DNA from: an uncultured Faecalibacterium sp.
GTDB taxonomy: Bacteria; Bacillota; Clostridia; Oscillospirales; Ruminococcaceae
Assembly: GCA_944387955.1 (NCBI GenBank)
Contig: CALXGY010000133.1
Span: forward strand, 1-53,373
Length of the DNA stretch: 53,373 nt
Reading direction: 5' to 3'
Position numbers and translations under genes: made by a program. Below, one piece after another: positions 47,393 through 53,373 of the stretch; positions within the stretch are counted from its first letter, which is position 1, and each line of letters opens with the position of its first letter. Below the pieces are notes generated by a model, which was not told the DNA's origin, searched no databases, and saw only the letters and a list, made by a program, of their open reading frames with translations.

Positions 47393-47432
47393 ATAATACC
47401 AAAAGGCTAAAGTTTTATGAACTTTGGGTGAA
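47393..47432 (-). promoter_or_regulatory. Extended -10 plus direct repeat (possible autoregulatory OmpR-type site)
   Basis: Minus strand TTCAC-6 nt-TTCAT (11-bp period) upstream of TGGTATTAT. Confidence 0.4.
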
Positions 47433-47625
47433 GGGTTTGGAAAAACCTTGCATCTTCGCCCGGTCCCGGGATGGATATTCCTGCACCCATTATAGCATAT
47501 CCGCCCCGCTCCATGCAATCCGGGGATGGGGTGCACTTGCGCTGGGGCGCTGTCTTGCGGTATACTGGGGCCATACCGGAGTTTTGCCTCCGGAGAGAAC
47601 ACTTTAAACGCAAAGGATACCGCCT

Positions 47626-48888
47626 ATGAAACTAGGTTTGACCGAATTTTTGCTGGTGCTGGCCATTGCACTGGTGACCATTGGCCCCGTGGTGGGGCCC
47701 TGGCTGGCCCGCTGGCATCGCCGCGCCCAGCGCACCGCCGCCGAGGCTGCCCGGGCTCGGGCCGCCTACCAGGCCCAGATGAAAGCCGAGCGGGATGCGA
47801 TCCTGCGCCGGTTCCGGATTCTCGGACTGCTGATGGCTCTGGGAATGGTGGCCGCTCTGGTGTACACCCTGACCCTGCGGCCCATCTCCGCATCGCCCCA
47901 GCGGTACGACCCGCCCGAAGCGGTGGCCAGTGGGACCCTGCCTCTGACCGGCGCGCAGCAGCTTGCACTGGAAGAATACGAGGAAGTATTGGCCCTGCGG
48001 CGGGAAGGGGACTGGCTCTATCTGGCCGCCCGCACCGACCGGGGCAGCGCGCTTGTGCGGATGCAGCCGGACGGGGCTTCCCTGACCGTCTTGTGGTCGG
48101 ATGAGGCCGAGCTCACCGGCTTCGACTTTGCGCCGGACGGCAGCATCTGGTATACCGCCGCTTCCTCCTCGGGGGGGCAGGTGGGCCGCATCATCTACGA
48201 CAACTGGGGAGCCGCCGCCGAGCCGGTGCTCACCCAGCTGGACGGCAAGCCCCTGCCCACTCCCGCCGCCCTGGCCGCAGGGGAGGACGGCAAAATCTAT
48301 TTCGCTTTGGTCTCCGACCAGGCCGGGAGCCTGGAACAGACCCTGCGCCAGGAGCTTCTGGCCCACACCGGCGCCGGCGCGGTGTATGTCTATGACCCGG
48401 CAGGGCGCACCGTCCAGCGGGTGCTGGGCGGGGTGGCCGGAGCCTCGGCCCTGGCCCTGGAGGGGGATACCCTCTATGTGGCGGACCTGGGCAGCCGCTG
48501 TGTCTGGAGCCTGCCCGCCTCGGCCCGGGAGCTGACCGCCGGGGGCAAGGGCTGCACCCGGTTCGCCGGTTCGCTGCCCGGCTATCCCGCCGCCCTGGCT
48601 CTGGACGACGAGGGGGCGCTCTGGGTCGGGCTGCGCTGGCAGCAGAGCGACTGGCTGGAAGGCCAGGCCGATCAGACCTTCCTGCGGGGGGTGGCGCTGC
48701 GTGCGCCCAGGTGGTTACAGCAGCAGCTTTTCGGCGGGCCGGAGCTGGCCGCCGTCCTCTGCACCGAGGGGGGCCAGGCTGCGCCGGTGGCCTGCCCGGA
48801 GGGCCTCGATGGCGTGAACGCCCTTTGCCCGGTGGGCAGCCGCCTGTATCTGGGCGGGCCCGGCGGGCTGTGGCTGCAATGGTACTGA
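47626..48888 (+). CDS. Membrane-anchored beta-propeller (SMP-30/strictosidine-synthase-like) with TatA-like N-terminus
   Basis: Repeated propeller motifs (FAPDGSIWY, GEDGKIYF, VYVYDP, LYVAD, FAGSLPGYP, DDEGALWVG) and two N-terminal hydrophobic helices. Confidence 0.75.
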   Translation: MKLGLTEFLLVLAIALVTIGPVVGPWLARWHRRAQRTAAEAARARAAYQAQMKAERDAILRRFRILGLLMALGMVAALVYTLTLRPISASPQRYDPPEAVASGTLPLTGAQQLALEEYEEVLALRREGDWLYLAARTDRGSALVRMQPDGASLTVLWSDEAELTGFDFAPDGSIWYTAASSSGGQVGRIIYDNWGAAAEPVLTQLDGKPLPTPAALAAGEDGKIYFALVSDQAGSLEQTLRQELLAHTGAGAVYVYDPAGRTVQRVLGGVAGASALALEGDTLYVADLGSRCVWSLPASARELTAGGKGCTRFAGSLPGYPAALALDDEGALWVGLRWQQSDWLEGQADQTFLRGVALRAPRWLQQQLFGGPELAAVLCTEGGQAAPVACPEGLDGVNALCPVGSRLYLGGPGGLWLQWY

Positions 48889-48942
48889 GAGAGGGCCGGG
48901 GAGACCCGGCCTTTTCGGTCGTTTGAACGAGGGGGTTTTTGT

Positions 48943-49503
48943 ATGGAACAGGAATTTTACACACGTCTCACAAACGAGGCCCACGCCGCCGCCCAGGAGC
49001 TGGCCGAGGCCGCCGGGCTGCGCCCCGGTCAGGTGCTGGTGGTGGGCTGCTCCACCAGTGAGGTGCTGGGGGAGCACATCGGCAAGGCCGGCAGCCTGGA
49101 AGCTGCCCGCGCCCTCTACGACGGCATCGCCCCGGTGCTGGCCCAGCGGGGAGCCTTTTTGGCGGCCCAGTGCTGCGAGCACCTGAACCGCGCCCTGATC
49201 GTGGAGCGGGAAGCCGCCGAGCGGTACGGCTGGGAGGAGGTCTGCGTCGTGCCCCGTCCCCACGCGGGGGGCAGCTGGGCCACCACCTGCTGGAAGCAGT
49301 TCAAGGACCCGGTGGCGGTGGAGCAGATCCGCGCCCATGCGGGGCTGGACATCGGCGGCACCCTGATCGGCATGCATCTGCGCCGGGTAGCGGTGCCGGT
49401 GCGTCTGAACCTGGATAAGATCGGCGCGGCGCGTCTGCTCTGCGCCCGCACCCGCCCGCCCCTCATCGGCGGCGAGCGGGCAAAGTATACCGAGGAGGAC
49501 TAA
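48943..49503 (+). CDS. UPF0340/TIGR01440 family protein (YwlG-like)
   Basis: VVGCSTSEVLG, QCCEHLNRAL, HAGGS, DIGGTLIGMHL and RPPLIGGERA motifs. Confidence 0.9.
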   Translation: MEQEFYTRLTNEAHAAAQELAEAAGLRPGQVLVVGCSTSEVLGEHIGKAGSLEAARALYDGIAPVLAQRGAFLAAQCCEHLNRALIVEREAAERYGWEEVCVVPRPHAGGSWATTCWKQFKDPVAVEQIRAHAGLDIGGTLIGMHLRRVAVPVRLNLDKIGAARLLCARTRPPLIGGERAKYTEED

Positions 49504-49505
49504 AA

Positions 49506-50213
49506 ATGGAAAAGGATTTGGAACAGATGCGCGCCGCCGTGGCCGAGATCCGGCAGCGGATGGCCGACGCCGCCCGCAAGGCAGGCCGCGACCCCGGCGA
49601 GATCAAGCTCTGCGCGGCCTGCAAGACCCATCCCGCCGCCACCATCGCCCAGAGCGCAGGCCTGGACATCGACCTGTTCGGGGAAAACCATGTGCAGGAA
49701 CTGACTGCCAACCTGGCCGCCGGGGCCTACTGCGGCAAGCCCTGCCACTTCATCGGCCACTTGCAGACCAACAAGGTGAAAAAGGTGGTGGGCCAGGCCG
49801 ACCTGATCCAGAGCGTGGACAGCCTGCGGCTTTTGGACGCCATCGAAAAGGCCGCCGCGGCCCTGGGCATCACCCAGCAGATTTTGCTGGAGGTGAACAT
49901 CGCCGGGGAGGAGAGCAAGAGCGGCGTATCTCCCGCTGAGCTCTGGTCCCTGCTGGAAGCCGCCGCCGCCCGGCCTCACGTTGAGGTCAAGGGCCTGATG
50001 GCCATTCCGCCGGTGAACGAGGACGACAATGTCAACCGCGCCCAGCTGGCGGCGGTGCGTGCCCTCTACGATGAGGCCATCGCCCGGGGCGCACAGTTCG
50101 ACACCCTCTCCATGGGCATGAGCGGAGATTACGAAAACGCCATCCTGGAAGGCGCCACCCTGGTGCGCATCGGCACCGCCATCTATGGCGCCCGGGACTA
50201 TACCAAGAAATAA
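49506..50213 (+). CDS. yggS: PLP homeostasis protein (YggS/PROSC family)
   Basis: PLP lysine in AACKT, FGENHVQE, HFIGHLQTNK and SMGMSGD...VRIGTAI motifs. Confidence 0.93.
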   Translation: MEKDLEQMRAAVAEIRQRMADAARKAGRDPGEIKLCAACKTHPAATIAQSAGLDIDLFGENHVQELTANLAAGAYCGKPCHFIGHLQTNKVKKVVGQADLIQSVDSLRLLDAIEKAAAALGITQQILLEVNIAGEESKSGVSPAELWSLLEAAAARPHVEVKGLMAIPPVNEDDNVNRAQLAAVRALYDEAIARGAQFDTLSMGMSGDYENAILEGATLVRIGTAIYGARDYTKK

Positions 50214-50219
50214 TAGGCA

Positions 50220-50260
50220 GCAGCGGGAAGGAGTTCGGCAAGATGCTGCTGACCGAATCC
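50220..50260 (+). repeat. Eroded fragment of the REP-doublet core
   Basis: GCAGCGG.AAGGAGTTCGGCAAGATGCTGCT..CCGAA matches 5521-5560 and 41714-41753. Confidence 0.75.
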
Positions 50261-50296
50261 ACGCTCTACCTAAGTAAAAAGAAAGGAACAACATTC

Positions 50297-52105
50297 GTGC
50301 TGGACACAAAAACCATTGAAAAACCCAAATACGGCGACCCCGGCGCCCGCCACACCTCCAGCGCCGAACTGATCCGCCGGTTCTGGCCCTACGAGAAAAA
50401 ATATTGGAAAACCGTCCTGCTGGATCTCTTCTGTGCGGCCCTGACCTGCATCTGCGATCTGGTGCTGCCGCTGATTCTGCGCAGCATCACCAACACCGCC
50501 GTCAGCGACCTTTCCGCCCTGACCGTGGAGATGGTGCTGCGTCTGGGCTTTTTGTACTTCGTGCTGCGGATCATCGACGGCGCCGCCGCCTACTTCATGG
50601 CGGACATGGGCCATGTGATGGGCGTCTACATCGAGACCGACATGCGCCGGGACGCCTTCGCCCATCTGCAAAAGCTCAGCGTCGCCTACTATTCCAACAA
50701 CAAGATCGGCCAGGTCATGGGCCGCATCACCAACGACCTGTTCGACGTCACCGAGTTCGCCCACCACTGCCCCGAGGAGTTCTTCATCGCGGGCATCAAG
50801 ATTCTGGTGAGCTTTCTGATCCTCTGCCGGTACAGCATCGGGCTGACATTGCTGCTCTTTGTCTGCGTGCCCCTGATGGCGGTGGTCTCCATGAAGCTCA
50901 ACACCAAACTGCGCTCCACCCAGCGGGCCCAGCGGGTGCAGGTGGGCGAGCTCAACGCCCAGATCGAGGAGAGCCTTTTGGGCGAGCGGGTGGTCAAGGC
51001 CTTCTGCGCCGAAAAACTGGAAAACCAGAAGTTCGAGGAGGGCAACGGCACCTTTCAGCGGCTGAAAAAGAACAGCTACCGCATCATGGCCGCCTTCCAG
51101 ACCTCCACCCGCCTCTTTGACGGCCTGATGTATCTGGTGGTCATCCTGGGCGGCGGCATCTTCGTGGTCAAGGGCTGGGTCAGCCCCGGCGACCTTGTGG
51201 CCTACACCCTCTATGTCTCCACCCTCATCGCCACCATCCGCCGGATCGTGGAGTTCGCCGAGCAGTTCCAGCGGGGCATGACCGGCATCGAGCGGTTCTT
51301 TGAAATTCTGGATACCCCCATCGACATCGACGACGCCCCCGGCGCAAAGCCGCTGGTTCCCGGCCCCGGGGCCATCCGGTTCGAGGACGTGAGCTTTGAG
51401 TACCCCGACGACCACAACAAGGTGCTGCGGAATGTCAGCCTGGACATCCGCCCCGGCGAGCGTCTGGCCCTGGTGGGCCCCTCCGGCGGCGGCAAGACCA
51501 CCCTGTGCAACCTGATCCCCCGGTTCTATGATGTCACCGGCGGCCGCATCCTCATCGACGGCCAGGACATCCAGAAGGTGACCCTGGCGAGCCTGCGCGC
51601 CGCCATCGGCGTGGTGCAGCAGGATGTGTATCTGTTCAGCGGCACCGTGGCCGAGAACATCGCCTACGGCAAGCCCGGCGCCACCCGGGAGGAGATCGCC
51701 GCCGCCGCCCGCCTGGCCGGGGCCGAGAGCTTCATTCTGGCCCTCAAGGATGGCTACGATACCTATGTGGGCGAACGGGGGGTCAAGCTCTCCGGCGGCC
51801 AGAAACAGCGCCTGTCCATCGCCCGGGTGTTCCTCAAGAACCCGCCCATCCTGATCTTGGACGAGGCCACCAGCGCCCTGGACAACGAGAGCGAAATTTT
51901 GGTGGGCCAGAGCCTGGATAAGCTCGCCCATGGCCGAACCACCCTGACCATCGCCCACCGCCTCACCACCATCCGCGGCTACGACCGCATCCTGGTTTTG
52001 GGCTCCGAGGGCATCCTGGAGCAGGGCAGCCACGACCAGCTTCTTGCAAAGAAGGGGGTCTATTACCGCCTCTGGAACCAAATCCCCGCCGATGCGCCTC
52101 TTTGA
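50297..52105 (+). CDS. ABC exporter, fused permease/ATPase (MsbA/Sav1866-like)
   Basis: About 6 TMs, GPSGGGKTT, LSGGQKQR, ILDEATSALD and IAHRL motifs. GTG start after GAAAGGA. Confidence 0.94.
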   Translation: MLDTKTIEKPKYGDPGARHTSSAELIRRFWPYEKKYWKTVLLDLFCAALTCICDLVLPLILRSITNTAVSDLSALTVEMVLRLGFLYFVLRIIDGAAAYFMADMGHVMGVYIETDMRRDAFAHLQKLSVAYYSNNKIGQVMGRITNDLFDVTEFAHHCPEEFFIAGIKILVSFLILCRYSIGLTLLLFVCVPLMAVVSMKLNTKLRSTQRAQRVQVGELNAQIEESLLGERVVKAFCAEKLENQKFEEGNGTFQRLKKNSYRIMAAFQTSTRLFDGLMYLVVILGGGIFVVKGWVSPGDLVAYTLYVSTLIATIRRIVEFAEQFQRGMTGIERFFEILDTPIDIDDAPGAKPLVPGPGAIRFEDVSFEYPDDHNKVLRNVSLDIRPGERLALVGPSGGGKTTLCNLIPRFYDVTGGRILIDGQDIQKVTLASLRAAIGVVQQDVYLFSGTVAENIAYGKPGATREEIAAAARLAGAESFILALKDGYDTYVGERGVKLSGGQKQRLSIARVFLKNPPILILDEATSALDNESEILVGQSLDKLAHGRTTLTIAHRLTTIRGYDRILVLGSEGILEQGSHDQLLAKKGVYYRLWNQIPADAPL

Positions 52106-52113
52106 GGCGCAAC

Positions 52114-52141
52114 TCTTCACTATTCACTCTTCACTTTTCAC
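52114..52141. repeat. Four tandem heptamers TNTTCAC
   Basis: TCTTCAC TATTCAC TCTTCAC TTTTCAC. Confidence 0.8.
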
Positions 52142-52142
52142 T

Positions 52143-52180
52143 AAAAAAATCCCGCGCCGTTTCCGGCGCGGGATTTTTTT
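52143..52180. terminator. Bidirectional terminator
   Basis: AAAAAAATCCCGCGCCG...CGGCGCGGGATTTTTTT. Confidence 0.85.
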
Positions 52181-52185
52181 AAGTG

Positions 52186-52872
52186 TTATGCCTCCGGCAC
52201 GTATGCGCTGGTGTCGAAGTAGCTGCCGTTTTCGAAGGTGTAGGTCAGCACCGGGGTGGACATGGGCATAGCCACGGTGAGCTTGAGGGTCTGGAAGTTT
52301 GCGGGCACCGCGATGGCCAGCGGTACGCGGGTGGTGACGCCCGGCTCGATGGTGATCTCGCCCAGGGTGCAGGGCACCGTCTTGCCGTCGCAGCGGGCGG
52401 TGACCCAGGTGCTGTTGGACACGAGATCCGCGGCCGCAGCCGAGGTGTTGCCCTTGTTCTTGCCCAGCAGGATGGCGCTGGTGGCGGTGCTGTCGATCAC
52501 CAGGGTGGCGGTGACCTTGGCCAGCTTGGCGGCCTTGTCGGCGTCGGCAATGCCCTGGTCGATGGCGGCGTTTTTCAGTGCGGGACGGGCCTCATCGTAA
52601 GCGGTCTTGTTGGCAATGACCTTCTTGTAGCCGGTCTTGAAGGTCTCCACCCAGGTGGTGCTCTCGCTCAGGGTCAGCTTCTGGCCCGAGATGCCGGTCA
52701 GCTGCACGCTGTACTTGCCCACCTGATAGGTGGTGCCGGCCAGGGCGGTATCCACCAGGCTGGTGCTGCCGGAGCCGTCCGAGCAGCCGCCCAGCAGGCT
52801 CATGGCCGCCAGGCTCAAAGCGGATGCACCGGTCAGTTTCATAAAGTTGCGGCGGGTCAAATTGGTACTCAT
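52186..52872 (-). CDS. Lipoprotein with twin-arginine-type signal, unknown function
   Basis: MSTNLTRRNFMKL...LLGGC signal, RBS AGGAGG, beta-rich C-terminus. Confidence 0.8.
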   Translation of the reverse strand: MSTNLTRRNFMKLTGASALSLAAMSLLGGCSDGSGSTSLVDTALAGTTYQVGKYSVQLTGISGQKLTLSESTTWVETFKTGYKKVIANKTAYDEARPALKNAAIDQGIADADKAAKLAKVTATLVIDSTATSAILLGKNKGNTSAAAADLVSNSTWVTARCDGKTVPCTLGEITIEPGVTTRVPLAIAVPANFQTLKLTVAMPMSTPVLTYTFENGSYFDTSAYVPEA

Positions 52873-53080
52873 ATCTGCGTTCCTCCTTTGACGAATTCTA
52901 TGGGAGCGACCCTTGGTCGCTTCTTGTCACCATTCTATCACATTTTGCCCCGGAGAACAAGCGACCGAACTTAACGCCCCGCCACGCAAAAAAGCAAGGC
53001 CCGGAGCCCAAAAGCGGGGGAGAGGCTCCAATCTGCACTCAAAAAAAGTCCCGCCTGCGGGGCAGGCGGGGAAAAGTGAT

Positions 53081-53373
53081 TTAGTAGATATCGACCCGAT
53101 CTACGTCTACATGGTCTTTGTTTTCTACGGTGTATTTCAGGGTCTTGCCGACACCGGGCATCTTGACGCTGACCGTCATCGTTTCAAAGTTCACCGGGGC
53201 GGCGATCCGGCAGACCACCGTCTCCTTGGTGTTAGCCGCGACAGCGCTGTTGTCCAGCACGCAGACCAGGGACTTGCCGTCCGCCTCAGCGGTGACCACC
53301 TTGGTGTTGGTTTTGCTGTCCTTGTTAAAGCCGGAACCCACAGCGGCGGAGCTGGTCAGGGGCACATCGCTGG
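53081..53373 (-). CDS. C-terminal part of a paralogue of the 52186-52872 lipoprotein (5' end outside the window)
   Basis: VTAEADGKSLVCVL...IAAPVNFETMTVSVKMP...LKYTVEN aligns with VTARCDGKTVPCTL...IAVPANFQTLKLTVAMP...LTYTFEN. Confidence 0.78.
   Translation of the reverse strand, partial: SDVPLTSSAAVGSGFNKDSKTNTKVVTAEADGKSLVCVLDNSAVAANTKETVVCRIAAPVNFETMTVSVKMPGVGKTLKYTVENKDHVDVDRVDIY

Overview
High-GC Firmicute chromosomal segment. Gene content and repeats suggest a gut Oscillospiraceae/Ruminococcaceae member (Subdoligranulum/Gemmiger-like); this is inference. It is mostly housekeeping: nagE-nagB-nagA, prmA-rsmE, Xaa-Pro aminopeptidase, rny, pstSCAB-phoU, a MacAB/YknXYZ-like exporter, split transketolase, trxA, T-box-thrS, tRNA-Glu/tRNA-Asn, gltX, spoIIE, an OmpR-type two-component pair, ywlG-yggS and an ABC exporter. 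I saw no CRISPR array, prophage or transposase. The most unusual signals are: (1) a promoter-hairpins-terminator leader in front of a solitary ECF S-component that matches no riboswitch class I recognise; (2) three copies of a composite non-coding element (terminal inverted repeats plus REP-like doublets), two of which carry a nested 113-bp module with compensatory base-pair changes, while the third shows the empty site; (3) a TatA/TatB-like N-terminus fused to a beta-propeller, in a window with several twin-arginine-type lipoproteins; (4) three proteins that have lost canonical catalytic residues (PTS enzyme I paralogue, PRTase, LytTR receiver); (5) a possible attenuator in the rny leader; (6) a flavinylated surface reductase with a non-fumarate active site; (7) three tandem paralogous small lipoproteins. 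All calls are by eye from sequence motifs; no searches were run.
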